A DNA stretch of 64,000 nucleotides from an uncultured Methylomirabilota bacterium (GTDB taxonomy: Bacteria; Methylomirabilota; Methylomirabilia; Methylomirabilales; 2-02-FULL-66-22): assembly GCA_963705305.1 (NCBI GenBank), contig OY970067.1:3776001-3840000 (forward strand), read 5' to 3'. Both the position numbers and the translations under genes were made by a program. Position 1 is the first letter of the stretch. Every line of letters begins with the position of its first letter. The notes beneath the pieces were generated by a model, which had not been told where the DNA came from, ran no database searches, and saw nothing but the letters and a program-made list of their open reading frames with translations. Below are positions 31,992 through 42,276 of the stretch, in pieces.

Positions 31992-32891
31992 ATGGATCAA
32001 CCTTCTTCGCCGTTAGTCATCGAGGATCTTCCTGCAAACCTGCGGCGGCCGGTTCTCCTGGCGGCGTTTTCCGGGTGGAACGATGCGGCCGAAAGCGCCA
32101 CATCTGCGGCGCGTTTTCTGTCGCAGCGGCTGGCGGGCCAGCGCTTTGCCTACATCCAGGCGGAGGAGTTTTACCATTTCGGCCTCACGCGGCCCGAGGT
32201 GCGCATCCAAGCCGGGACGCAGGTGCGCGAGATCCGCTGGCCGACCACGGATTTCTTCCTGGGCATCGAGCCCTCGATTCCCCGCGACGTGATCGTGTGT
32301 CTGGGGAGCGAGCCGCACCTCAAGTGGCAGACCTTCTGCGGCCACATTCTGGAATTGGCAAGGCTCGTCGGGGTGACGCAGGTGATCACCCTGGGGGCCC
32401 TTCTGGCCGACGTGCCGCACACGCGACCCATCCGGGTGTCCGGGGTGACTACCGATCCCGAGCTGGCCGCGCAGTTCCAGACCTCCCCCACGCGCTATGA
32501 AGGGCCCACGGGAATCGTCGGTGTCTTGATCGACGCCTGCCGCCTGGGAGGCCTCCCGGCCGCGAGCCTGTGGGCCAACGTGCCGCATTACGTGTCGGAG
32601 GTCAGCAACCCCCATGCGATCCTGGCACTGGTGCGGCGCATCCTGGCATATCTCGAGTGGGAGACGGATCTCGGGGATTTGGAGGAGGCGGCAAAGGAAT
32701 TCGATCGGCAGATCGCCCGCATTGTCAGCCAGAAGCCCGAGGTGGCGCGCTATATCCAAGAGCTGGAGCAGCGGCAGCCGGGCGAGGTGGAGGAGCGCGG
32801 TCCCGGTACCGATCTCCCCAATACCGGCGATCTCATCCGCGAGGTGGAGCAGTTCCTCCGGGAGCACCGCGGGGACGCGGACCGAAGTTAG
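31992..32891 (+). CDS. PAC2 family (proteasome assembly chaperone-like) protein
   Basis: [43 protein letters not shown]. Confidence 0.9.
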   Translation: MDQPSSPLVIEDLPANLRRPVLLAAFSGWNDAAESATSAARFLSQRLAGQRFAYIQAEEFYHFGLTRPEVRIQAGTQVREIRWPTTDFFLGIEPSIPRDVIVCLGSEPHLKWQTFCGHILELARLVGVTQVITLGALLADVPHTRPIRVSGVTTDPELAAQFQTSPTRYEGPTGIVGVLIDACRLGGLPAASLWANVPHYVSEVSNPHAILALVRRILAYLEWETDLGDLEEAAKEFDRQIARIVSQKPEVARYIQELEQRQPGEVEERGPGTDLPNTGDLIREVEQFLREHRGDADRS

Positions 32892-32947
32892 GCGCGACCA
32901 CGCTGCGAGCGGCAGCGCGCAGCCACGGATGGTGAGGGAGCGCCGGC

Positions 32948-33634
32948 GTGAGCGAGGCAATTCGGGATCGAATCATCCGGGTGCGCGAGCGGATACGCGA
33001 AGCCGCGGCGCGCGCCGGGCGCGAGGCGTCCTCGATCACTCTGATCGCGGTCAGCAAGACCGTCTCTGCGGACGCCGTCCGGGAGGCGGTGGCGGCGGGC
33101 CAGACGATCCTGGGGGAGAATCGGGTCCAGGAAGCACGGGACAAGATCGCCAGGCTTCCCGATCTGGCCTCCTGGCACCTGGTGGGCCACCTCCAAACCA
33201 ACAAAGCCAAGCTGGCGATCGAGTTGTTCGATCTGATCCATTCCCTGAATTCAATCAAGCTGGCCCAGGAGCTGGACCGGCATGCCGGGCAGGCTGGCAA
33301 GACGGTTCGTTGTCTGGTCGAGGTCAACCTGGGCGACGAGCCCCAGAAGAGCGGCATCGTCGAAGGGGAGGTCCGAGAGCTGCTGAAGGCGGCCGGCGGG
33401 CTGTCCAATCTCAAGATCGAAGGGCTGATGACAGTGCCACCCTTTCTGGCGGACCCGGAAGAGGTGCGGCCGTTCTTCCGGCATCTTCGCGAGCTGCGGG
33501 ATGCGCTCGGCGCGGAGGGGTTCCCGCTGCGCGAGCTTTCCATGGGGATGACGAACGACTTCGAGGTGGCCGTCGAGGAGGGGGCCACGCTGGTGCGGAT
33601 CGGCACAGCGATCTTCGGCGCACGCGCCGTTTAG
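32948..33634 (+). CDS. yggS: PLP homeostasis protein YggS
   Basis: [36 protein letters not shown]. Confidence 0.95.
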   Translation: MSEAIRDRIIRVRERIREAAARAGREASSITLIAVSKTVSADAVREAVAAGQTILGENRVQEARDKIARLPDLASWHLVGHLQTNKAKLAIELFDLIHSLNSIKLAQELDRHAGQAGKTVRCLVEVNLGDEPQKSGIVEGEVRELLKAAGGLSNLKIEGLMTVPPFLADPEEVRPFFRHLRELRDALGAEGFPLRELSMGMTNDFEVAVEEGATLVRIGTAIFGARAV

Positions 33635-33859
33635 GGAGTTGCAGGGGAGCCGGGGTGCTGGGGAGAGGGAGCAAGAGCGTACGAGGGAAACGGGGGAGCG
33701 GAAAAAATCCAGATTGTAAGAAGGCTTGTCTTGGCGATCTTGGCGTGAGACCAGGCCCGGCATTCTCCTCACGCAAAGGACGCCAAGGGCGCAAAGGGAA
33801 GCAGGGGTGAGGGGAAAATTCGAATTTCGAAATTCGAATTTCGAAATTGGAGGAGCCCT

Positions 33860-34510
33860 ATGCAGATCTTTCTCGATACCGCCGATGTGAACGAGATTCG
33901 CGAGCTGGCCAGCCTCGGCATCGTGGACGGGGTGACGACCAACCCCTCGCTGGTGGCCAAGGAGGGACGGCCGTTCCGCGAGATCGCCGAGGAGATTGTC
34001 CGAATCGTGGACGGGCCGATCAGCCTGGAAGTGGTCAGCACCGAGGCCAAGGGGATGCTGGCCGAGGCTCGCGACTTGGCCAAGATCCACGCCAACGTGG
34101 TGGTGAAGATCCCGCTGATCGCCGAAGGGCTGAAGGCGGTCAAGCAGCTGACCATGGAGGGGATCAAGACCAACGTCACGCTCTGCTTCTCGCCCAGCCA
34201 GGCCCTCCTGGCCGCCAAGGCGGGGGCCGCCTATATCAGCCCCTTCGTCGGCCGCCTGGACGATATCAGCTATGTGGGGATGGACCTGGTGCGGCAGATC
34301 GTTACGATCTACAAGAATTACAGCTATCCGACCAAGGTCTTGGCGGCCAGCCTGCGGAGTCCGGTTCACTTCGTGGACGCGGCGCTGGCGGGGGCCCACG
34401 TGGCCACGCTGCCGCCGGCGGTCGTGCGCCAGCTCTTGAAGCATCCCCTCACCGACATCGGCCTGGAGCGGTTCCTGGCGGACTGGAAGAAGGTGCCCAA
34501 GAAGAGTTGA
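33860..34510 (+). CDS. fsa: Transaldolase / fructose-6-phosphate aldolase (FSA-type)
   Basis: [28 protein letters not shown]. Confidence 0.93.
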   Translation: MQIFLDTADVNEIRELASLGIVDGVTTNPSLVAKEGRPFREIAEEIVRIVDGPISLEVVSTEAKGMLAEARDLAKIHANVVVKIPLIAEGLKAVKQLTMEGIKTNVTLCFSPSQALLAAKAGAAYISPFVGRLDDISYVGMDLVRQIVTIYKNYSYPTKVLAASLRSPVHFVDAALAGAHVATLPPAVVRQLLKHPLTDIGLERFLADWKKVPKKS

Positions 34511-34755
34511 TCCGCCTCCCGAAAATATCCCACCGCCAAGCCGCCAAGGATTGCGTGGTTGGAGCGGGCTAATGCGCCGCCCTTCCGGATTTTCCGGGAG
34601 GGCGGCTGCGTTCCTGCCCCTGGCGACCTAGCGGCCCACTCCCAGAAAAGGCGCTTCGCGCAAAGCCGCCGAAAGCCCCAGGGGGGCAGCCCGGGTTGGA
34701 GGATGACCTCTGGCCCCTGACCCCAGCCCTCTGCCTACTGTCTACTGACCCCTGA

Positions 34756-36150
34756 CTATAGGTTCGTCCGGAAGGCGGCCTGGTTCTGGGCGTTCAACGC
34801 GGACTGGGTGGCGACGGCCAGCTCGGCATCGTGGACGTGGTCGAGGGTGAAGATGCGGTAGTGGGCCACCTGCGCCGGGATGTAGCGAAGCAAATCCTGG
34901 ACTGGTTGCGGCGAGGCCTTCCCGGTTGCCGGGTCGTAGATCAGCACCTTCTTGGTTTCCTCGGTCAGCGGGTTGAGCGGCCGGGGATCCTGGCGAGCCA
35001 TGTCCACCTTGAACTGGATCCCTTGGAGCGCGGGCGGCAGGTGGCCCCGGATGGCATCCTCCAGGTCGCGGGTGGACCAGAACTTTTTTCCGCGCGGCTC
35101 GTCCATGGTCTCCACATGATCGTACGCCATCTTCCACTTCAGCTCCCGGCGAGAGATCCTGGCCCACTCCTCGGCCAGCGAGCGCTTCCGGGGGTCGGGA
35201 TCGCCGACCCACTGGCGCACCCCTTCCAGAAGGGACCAGTCGCTCACCCCTAGAAACCGGTCCAGCTCGCTCCGGGGGTCGAAGGGGAAGAGGAGCTGCA
35301 GCGTCTCCTGAAAGATCTCCTGCATGTGGAGGTCGACCGCGCGGTTCGTCCGGTGGAAATAGACATCCGCATACATGGTGAACCGGGCGTTGACGAAGCG
35401 GCGGAGGGCGGACGAGCCGGATTTGTGAAGCGTCAGCCCCTGCTCCGTGACGAAGGTGTAGTAGAGCAGCCGATCGATGTCCACCATGTCCAGGGAAAAG
35501 CCGGTCATATAGGCGTCCCGCTGGATGTAGTCCATGTTGTCCGCGGTGTAGATCCCTGAAAAGACCGGCTGCAAGGTGCGCAGCCAACCGGGCATCGGAT
35601 CGGGTCCCGGGTCGGGCTTCCGGATGAGGTAGGCGACGTGTTCTGGCTCGATCGCCTCGCCGGCATCGAAGGCGCCGTCGGGGCTGCGGCGGATCTCTCG
35701 GATGAGATCTCCCAGCTTTTGCAAGACGATCTGCTGGCCGATCCCTTCGTGGGTGGTGCTGTAGAGCGGCTCCAGGAAGTTCTGGTCGTAGAAGTGGCTG
35801 AAAGGGCCATGACCGATGTCGTGGACGAGACCGGTGACGCGCAGCAGCTCTTTCACGAAGGGCAGAGAGGGGCACTGCCGGCGGAAGACCGCTTTCAGGC
35901 TGGGGTAGAGACGATCGGCGAAGCGGCCGGCCATGTGCATGGTGCCGAGGCAATGCTGGAATCGGCTGTGCTCGCCGGAGGGGAAAACCCAAAAGCTGGA
36001 TTGCAGCTGGTGCACCCGCCGCAGCCGCTGGACCCAGGGCGTATCGATCAGATCCTTTTCCGTCCGCTCGGACGGCATGCCGTCCATTGGAACGGTGAAC
36101 TGGGTGTACCCATAGAGCGGATCGGCGAGCAGGGCGATCCCCTCGTACAT
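34756..36150 (-). CDS. HD-domain dNTP triphosphohydrolase-like protein (SAMHD1-like)
   Basis: DPLYG, QRLRRVHQL, HSRFQHCLG, HDIGHGPFSH, DNMDYIQRD; start may be 36177. Confidence 0.88.
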   Translation of the reverse strand: MYEGIALLADPLYGYTQFTVPMDGMPSERTEKDLIDTPWVQRLRRVHQLQSSFWVFPSGEHSRFQHCLGTMHMAGRFADRLYPSLKAVFRRQCPSLPFVKELLRVTGLVHDIGHGPFSHFYDQNFLEPLYSTTHEGIGQQIVLQKLGDLIREIRRSPDGAFDAGEAIEPEHVAYLIRKPDPGPDPMPGWLRTLQPVFSGIYTADNMDYIQRDAYMTGFSLDMVDIDRLLYYTFVTEQGLTLHKSGSSALRRFVNARFTMYADVYFHRTNRAVDLHMQEIFQETLQLLFPFDPRSELDRFLGVSDWSLLEGVRQWVGDPDPRKRSLAEEWARISRRELKWKMAYDHVETMDEPRGKKFWSTRDLEDAIRGHLPPALQGIQFKVDMARQDPRPLNPLTEETKKVLIYDPATGKASPQPVQDLLRYIPAQVAHYRIFTLDHVHDAELAVATQSALNAQNQAAFRTNL

Positions 36151-36190
36151 GGGATGGCGGCGTTTTCCTACTGGCATCGATCGTCCTCTA

Positions 36191-36405
36191 ACAGGCTGCT
36201 GAAAACGGCCCATCTGTCCGCCGCAGGCGGATTGGCGCGCTCGAGCACTCGCTGCGGCGTACCGGAAGTACGCCTTGACCCGCCTGTGGCGGGTGCTCGG
36301 CCCCGGGTACCCATCCCGAGGGATGGGTGATGGCGCCTTGCCGTTCGGCAGGCTCACGGCCCCGAGCAACGTCGAGGGGCATCTGGACCCTTTTGAGCAG
36401 CCTGC
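36191..36405. repeat. MITE family A, copy 2
   Basis: ACAGGCTGCTGAAAA...TTTTGAGCAGCCTGC. Confidence 0.8.
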
Positions 36406-36555
36406 TGGGAGTTCGGGCCGGCCCGCCGATCGGACCGGAGAGCCATCGACCTGCTCCACAATATCGCGAAGGTGGGTGGGCGGTCAACCCGGTTCGGGCG
36501 GACGTGTTCGGGCGGACGGCGGGACTACGTCAAAGTCGTCCAATGCTTCAGCTCC

Positions 36556-36879
36556 CTAAGGATTCTCGCGGAAGCCGAGCGCGAACAAGAGGGCGGACCG
36601 CACGTGCTCCATTCGGCCCGGCGCGAGCTTGGTGATGAGGGCGCCGATCTTTTCCTGCGGCACCGTCTGGATATGATCCAGGTTGACGGCGCACTCCCGA
36701 GACATGCCGTCCATCTCGCCCAGAAGGACTTCGGTCGGAATGTCCCGAATCGTGGATGTGATGGGGGCCACGGTGACCTCACCGAGGACGTCAAGGACGG
36801 AATCCCGCGTGAGGATGAGAACAGGGCGGCGCTTGTTGGGCTGGGGAAAACGATACCAGCGTACCTCGCCTCGTTTCAT
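36556..36879 (-). CDS. mazF: PemK/MazF-family toxin
   Basis: MKRGEV, KRRPVLIL, VAPITS, NLDHIQTV. Confidence 0.92.
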   Translation of the reverse strand: MKRGEVRWYRFPQPNKRRPVLILTRDSVLDVLGEVTVAPITSTIRDIPTEVLLGEMDGMSRECAVNLDHIQTVPQEKIGALITKLAPGRMEHVRSALLFALGFRENP

Positions 36880-37109
36880 GGCTCACCCCAGGCCTGCTCC
36901 CCCGACCCCAGGCTGAACTCGCCGCGTTTGACTGGCTTCCGCTGATAACCTTCGCGGTGCTTCCGCTCCAGCGCGCGCTCCCGGGCGCGCGCTAGGGCCG
37001 CGCGCAGGGCATTGCGCGTGAAACCCGACCGGCTGGTTCCCAACTCAGCCGCAACCTTGTCCACCGCCTCCACCAGTTCCTCGTCAAGGGTCAACTGTAC
37101 CGTTCGCAT
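36876..37109 (-). CDS. Ribbon-helix-helix antitoxin
   Basis: MRTVQLTLDEEL...SRSGFTRNAL; overlaps the toxin start. Confidence 0.88.
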   Translation of the reverse strand: MRTVQLTLDEELVEAVDKVAAELGTSRSGFTRNALRAALARARERALERKHREGYQRKPVKRGEFSLGSGEQAWGEP

Positions 37110-37639
37110 GGCTCGGACCTCCATAGCTACTCGCATAGCTATTAGTCTACACATCTTTTGCCCTCGCGCAAGCGGAAATTGGCACCATGTACGCAAAGAA
37201 GGCGTGCGTATCTGCACCCGGGTAAAGGGGACGAGGAATCGTCAGTCGTCCGGCGGCCGGGGGAGGCTTGGGAGCCAGTTGTCTTTGAGGGTGCGCGCGG
37301 GCCGTTGCATCTTGCGAAAGCCCGTGGTAGATTGCGGGTCAGACGCGCATAGTCGCCGAGGACGCAACGGGGAGACGGGGAGCCGGTGAACCGTAGAAAC
37401 AGAGCGGGGGGATTCGAATTCGATTTTCAAAATTGAAGTGGGTTCGTCTTGGCGATCTTGGCGTGAGACAGGCCCCGGAGTTCTGCTCACGCAAAGGCGC
37501 CAAGGACGCCAAGGAAAACCGAACAGCAGGGTGGAATACAGGACCACGGACTACTGACTACTGACCGCTGACTGCTGACTTCTGCCTACTGAAACGGCAG
37601 CCGCGGTCCGCGCAGCACATAGCCTGGGAGAGGGGAAGC

Positions 37640-38032
37640 GTGAACTGGATACGTCGAGCGATTCTGATGATTCTGGTGCTGTCGGTAGCGGGCTGCGCTC
37701 GGTGGTTTGCCGATCACGTGCCTACCGAAGGTATCCCGGCCGGGATGAAGCAGATCACCTTCGAGATCATCGCGCGCGACAACCGCTGCGAGCCGTCCGT
37801 CCTCGCCCTGGACCGCGAAGGTCGGGCCCTGCTGATCACCTTCCAGGTGACGAGCGTCGGGAAGATGCACAAATTCCTGATTCCCAATCTGGGCGTGCGG
37901 AAGACCATCCCCGCGGGCGGCCAGGTCAGCATTCCGGTGATCGCCGATCGGTCCGGCATCTACGAATACGCGTGCACCTCCCATCCCTGGATCGGTCCCT
38001 TTACGGCAGAGGGAAAGCTCGCCATTCGGTAG
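37640..38032 (+). CDS. Cupredoxin-domain lipoprotein
   Basis: VAGC lipobox; H...GIYEYACTSH. Confidence 0.75.
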   Translation: MNWIRRAILMILVLSVAGCARWFADHVPTEGIPAGMKQITFEIIARDNRCEPSVLALDREGRALLITFQVTSVGKMHKFLIPNLGVRKTIPAGGQVSIPVIADRSGIYEYACTSHPWIGPFTAEGKLAIR

Positions 38033-38058
38033 GTCGTGCGGTCCGACTGCAGCCTCTG

Positions 38059-38213
38059 ACAGGATGCTGAAAAACTCGTTTTCGCTCAGGCTGCTCAAAA
38101 AGGCCCAGATGCAAGGCGCCACGTGATCCGAGGCGCGAGGCGTACTTAGCCCGTACGCCGCAGCGCCGCGGGAGCGGGGCAACGCTGCAGATGGGACTCT
38201 TTGAGCAGCCTGC
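38059..38213. repeat. MITE family A, copy 3 (short form)
   Basis: ACAGGATGCTGAAAAA...TTTGAGCAGCCTGC. Confidence 0.8.
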
Positions 38214-38240
38214 TAATCGACCGTTCCGCGTGAGAATGGC

Positions 38241-39410
38241 ATGCCTGAACTCCCGCAGGTACCCTCTCCGCCCTCGCTTCCGCCCGTCTGGGTCCGCACG
38301 CAGGACGAGCTGCGCGCACTGGCCGGCCGCCTGGCGCGTACGGACGCCATCGCACTGGATTCCGAATCCGACAGCCTCCACCATTTTCCGGAAAAGGTCT
38401 GCCTGCTCCAGGCCGGGCTGGAGGACGGAAGCACCTATCTGCTGGACCCCCTCGCCCTGCGGGATCTTTCGCCCCTGGGCCCGGTCTGTACGGATGCGCG
38501 CGTCGTGAAGATCTTCCACGGTTCCGCCTACGACCTCTCCTCGATGAAGCGCGACTTTGGGTTCGCCTTCGCCGGACTCTTCGACACGATGCTGGCGGCC
38601 CAATTCCTGGGCTGGCAGGAGCTGGGCCTGGCGGCGCTGCTACAGCGTGTCTTCGGCATTCCTCCCGGGCGTTCAAGCCAGAAGGACGATTGGGCGCGGC
38701 GCCCGTTGACCGCCGCCCAGGAGGAATACGCGGCGCAAGATGTGCACTATCTCATTCCCCTGCGGGCCCTGCTAGTCGGGCAGCTACAGGATCTCGGACG
38801 GCTGGCGTGGGTGGAGGAGGAGTGCGAGGCGCTGACGGCGATTCCCGCGGCAGATCGGGTCTTCGATCCGGAGGGTTATCTCCGGTTGAAGGGGGCGAGC
38901 GGCCTCGACCGGCGCGGCCTGGCGGTGCTGCGGGCGCTGTTCGTGGCGCGGGAAGCGTGGGCGCATGCTGCAGGGCGGCCTCCCTTCCGGGTGATGGGCA
39001 ACGAGACGCTGCTCCGGCTGTCGGCGGAGCGGCCGCAGACGATGGAGAATCTGCAGCGGATCCGGGGGTGCTCGCCCGTGGTGCTGGCGCGATACGGGGC
39101 GGGGACTCTGGAGGCCATCCGTCGGGCAGCCGCCATCCCCGAAGTGGAACTCCCGGTCTTCCCACGATCGAGGCGGCCGACCGTCCCCCCGGCGGTGCAG
39201 CGTCGCCTGGCGCTTCTCACAGAGTGGCGGACCAGCGCGGGCGGGCGTTTGGGGCTCGACCCTGGAGTCCTGCTGCCGCGCCGGTTGATGGAGCGGCTGG
39301 CAGAGCAGCAGCCGAGCAGCACGGATGCGCTTCGCCGACTGGACGGCCTGCGCGAGTGGCGCGTGCGTCACTTCGGATCGGAGATCCTGGCGGTGCTGGC
39401 AGGCGGCTAG
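38241..39410 (+). CDS. rnd: Ribonuclease D (DEDD exonuclease plus HRDC)
   Basis: ALDSE, FDTMLAA, DWARRPL, YAAQDV. Confidence 0.9.
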   Translation: MPELPQVPSPPSLPPVWVRTQDELRALAGRLARTDAIALDSESDSLHHFPEKVCLLQAGLEDGSTYLLDPLALRDLSPLGPVCTDARVVKIFHGSAYDLSSMKRDFGFAFAGLFDTMLAAQFLGWQELGLAALLQRVFGIPPGRSSQKDDWARRPLTAAQEEYAAQDVHYLIPLRALLVGQLQDLGRLAWVEEECEALTAIPAADRVFDPEGYLRLKGASGLDRRGLAVLRALFVAREAWAHAAGRPPFRVMGNETLLRLSAERPQTMENLQRIRGCSPVVLARYGAGTLEAIRRAAAIPEVELPVFPRSRRPTVPPAVQRRLALLTEWRTSAGGRLGLDPGVLLPRRLMERLAEQQPSSTDALRRLDGLREWRVRHFGSEILAVLAGG

Positions 39411-39564
39411 CACGCTGCTGAAAAAGGCCCATCTGCGGCGTTGGCGCGCTCGCGTGGCGCTGCGACGTACGAGCGAAGTACGCCTCGCGCCCCGCATCGC
39501 GTGCCGCCTTGCACCTGGACCTTTTTGAGCAGCCTGGGCAAAAACGGGCATTTCAGCAGGCGGC
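39410..39564. repeat. MITE family A, copy 4
   Basis: CTAG at both ends; GCACGCTGCTGAAAAA...TTTCAGCAGGCGGC. Confidence 0.8.
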
Positions 39565-39613
39565 TAGCCGGACCCCGGCCCGGGGCCGGGGACAGAGTAG
39601 GAGAAGGGGCATT

Positions 39614-41011
39614 ATGAAGGGAGGCGTCGAGGGGGCGGTGGCGGCCATCCGGAAAGGAGCGCGCGCCCCCATCTACCTCTTGCACGGCGATGAGTATCTG
39701 GCCAAGGAGGGCGCCAAGGCGATCGTCGCGGCCTTGGTGCGGCCCGGGCAGGAGTCGCTGAGCGTGGAGACGCTGACGGAAGACGCGGGGGTTGCGAACC
39801 TGTACGGCCGGCTGGCCACCCCCTCCCTATTCGGGGGAACGAAGGTGGTGGTGATCCACGACAGCCGGGCGTTCGTCTCCGGGCAGAGCACCGCCGCTCT
39901 GGCCAAGAAGAGCCGCGAGCTCTGGCAGGCCGGAGATGCGGATCGAGCTCTCCGGCACTTCGGCCAGCTCCTGGCGGCGGCAGGGCAGGGCGCGGACTTC
40001 TTGGAGCGCGTCGTCCGCGTGCCGCTTCCGGACTCCGCCTGGGAAGAGCTGTTCGACATGGAGGCGGAGCCGGAGGCGCAGCAATGGCTGCAGGAGATGG
40101 CCGCCCGCACGTTGGCCTCCCCGCCCGGGGCGCCGCCGGGACCCGGCGCAGGCGCAGGCCGGGTCTATGAGGAGGTGCTCGAGCGGGGGATCCCGACGGA
40201 CACGGTGCTGGTCGTCACAGCAGAGGCGGTTGACGAGCGGCGGGCCCTCTACAAGCGGATTGGCGCGGCGGGATGCGTCATCGACTGCGGGGTCCGATCC
40301 AAGCGGGCCTGGGACACGCAGATGGATCCGGAGGCGGCCCGGGCTGCGATCCGGGCGCGGGTGCAGGATGCGGGAAAGAGCATCGATCCCGAGGCGGCCG
40401 CCTGCATCGTGGAGCGCACGGGCTCCGGCATGCGCGGCCTGGAGTCGGAGCTGGAGAAGATCCTCCTGTTCGTGGGCGATCGCCAGCGGGTCGCGGCGGC
40501 CGACGTCCTGGAGGTGCTCAGCAGCTCGCGGGAGGCGAGTATCTTCGATCTGACGAACGCGGTGGGCGAGCGGGATGCGGGACGGGCAGTCCGGGCGCTG
40601 CGCAGCCTGCTGATCCAGCGCGAGCCGATCCCACTCATGCTGAACACACTGGCGGGCGAAATCCGCAACCTGATCATTGCCCGCACGGTGATGGACGGCG
40701 CGCTGAAGGGCGCCTTGGATCCCGCCCTCACGTTTCCCGCCTTCCGCGCCCGCGTCCTCCCGCGCCTGGAGCAGGCAGGGGCCGATGTCGAAGGCGTGGC
40801 CGCCCTTCGCGGGATGAATCCCTTCCGCGCCTTCAACCTGCTTCGCGGCGCGGCGCGCTTTTCCATGCGGGAGCTGGTTGCGGGATTGGAGGCCGTGCAC
40901 GATGCGGATATGGCGCTGAAAACATCCGGAATGCCGGAGAACCTGGTGCTGGAGCCCCTCCTCCTCAGACTCTGCGGAGGGGGCGCGCCGGCGCAGCGGG
41001 GAAGGCCCTGA
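39614..41011 (+). CDS. holA: DNA polymerase III delta subunit
   Basis: PIYLLHGDEY, TPSLFG, ELEKILLFVG, IFDLTNAV, DMALKTS. Confidence 0.88.
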   Translation: MKGGVEGAVAAIRKGARAPIYLLHGDEYLAKEGAKAIVAALVRPGQESLSVETLTEDAGVANLYGRLATPSLFGGTKVVVIHDSRAFVSGQSTAALAKKSRELWQAGDADRALRHFGQLLAAAGQGADFLERVVRVPLPDSAWEELFDMEAEPEAQQWLQEMAARTLASPPGAPPGPGAGAGRVYEEVLERGIPTDTVLVVTAEAVDERRALYKRIGAAGCVIDCGVRSKRAWDTQMDPEAARAAIRARVQDAGKSIDPEAAACIVERTGSGMRGLESELEKILLFVGDRQRVAAADVLEVLSSSREASIFDLTNAVGERDAGRAVRALRSLLIQREPIPLMLNTLAGEIRNLIIARTVMDGALKGALDPALTFPAFRARVLPRLEQAGADVEGVAALRGMNPFRAFNLLRGAARFSMRELVAGLEAVHDADMALKTSGMPENLVLEPLLLRLCGGGAPAQRGRP

Positions 41012-41053
41012 GGGGGAGTTTTTCTTTGACAAAGACTCAGGGAATACGGGGAG

Positions 41054-41710
41054 TTACGGAGCGGGGTTGCGCGGGGGTTGCGTTTGGTTGCCCGCCAAGA
41101 CCGCTTCCAGGGCCTCGGCTGCCGCCCGGTTCCCACCCGGGACGGCATGCGTGTACAGGTCGGCTGTGATCGCGATGCTGCTGTGCCCCAACTGCCGGGA
41201 GACGGCCAGCAAGGGCACGCCGGCCTGAATCGCCAAGGTCGCATAGGTGTGCCGGAGGTCATGTGGGCGGATCTTCCGGATCCCGGCTGCCCGCAGGATT
41301 CCCCGGAGAATGCCGAGCCGACGCTTGGACAGCCCGTCTTCCCGCTGGGCCGTCCACCAGGTCTCGACACGGGTGGAGGTGATCTCCCCCCAGGGCAGCG
41401 TGCCGAAGGTGGGGAGGATGCGGCAGCGGAGAGCGTTCGCGTAGGTGAGCTGCGTTCCCCGCTTCCAGTTGGGGGATGTCACCCGCTCCCAATCGGCCGC
41501 GACCTGCTCGAAGGTGGGGGAGGGCTTCTGCTCAGGGGTTTCGAGGATCCCGAACTCTCCCAACGCCAGCTTGGCCGCAATCTTGGCCGCTGCGATGCGG
41601 GCGGCGTCCCGATTCTTGGTGCCCGGACCGATCCGCTTGGCTTTCCGCCGGCCCTGGTGGTGGACGAACACCCACCAGGCGCCGTCTTTCTCCCGGACCG
41701 TCACGCCCAT
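41054..41710 (-). pseudogene. Tyrosine integrase with in-frame internal deletion
   Basis: Arm-binding/SAM-like N-terminus joined directly to HDLRH...LGH...Y; only 218 aa. Confidence 0.82.
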
Positions 41711-41713
41711 GGC

Positions 41714-41869
41714 CTATTTCCCTCCCCTCCGGGCCAAGTACTCGTCAATGATCCGTTGCAGGAGCGCGTTGACGCTGGCCCGCCCGCGCGGGCCCTCGCG
41801 CTCTTGCTCCGCGGCGTGCCGGAGTTTCCGCCACGTCGCCTCGTCCACCACGACGCTGAGTCGCACCAT
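41714..41869 (-). CDS. Small RHH/Arc-like DNA-binding protein
   Basis: RLSVVVDEATW...SVNALLQRIIDEYL; GGAGG RBS. Confidence 0.6.
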   Translation of the reverse strand: MVRLSVVVDEATWRKLRHAAEQEREGPRGRASVNALLQRIIDEYLARRGGK

Positions 41870-41972
41870 CCTCACCTCCTCCCGCGGCTTCGGCATATGA
41901 TCCTCCAGTATGAGAATAAACTTAAACTAGTATATACTTGTTTGCGTTATTATCAAGGGAAATCGGCGGGGG

Positions 41973-42276
41973 CTACTCCCGCAGGCCCAAGACCACCTCA
42001 TCGACGATCCGATCAACGTCGGGGGTGTGCTTGAAGGCTTCCATCCAGCGGTCGAAGTCAGAGCGGCGAACCAGGATCTTGCCGGTCACGGTCCGCAGCC
42101 GGCCGGCGCGGGTCGGGATCACGTGAGGCTCTTTCATGCGGTAGTGCGGCAGGGGCCGGTCGGGATCTGTCAGGTATGCCCGCAGGGAGCGGACAGAGAG
42201 GCCTGAGTACTGGCTTAGCGCCTCCAGGCCGAGCCAGGGGTCCAGGTCCGCATTGATGCTCACCGCCTCGACGATC
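41973..42276 (-). CDS. Excisionase/HTH-like protein, 5' end interrupted by IS remnant
   Basis: WLGLEALSQYSGLSVRSLR...KILVRRSDFDRWM; next to integrase. Confidence 0.6.

Noticed and set aside
36151..36459. N-terminal extensions of the HD protein and holA given by the ORF track
   Set aside because: They are translations of MITE family A sequence; the real starts lie downstream.
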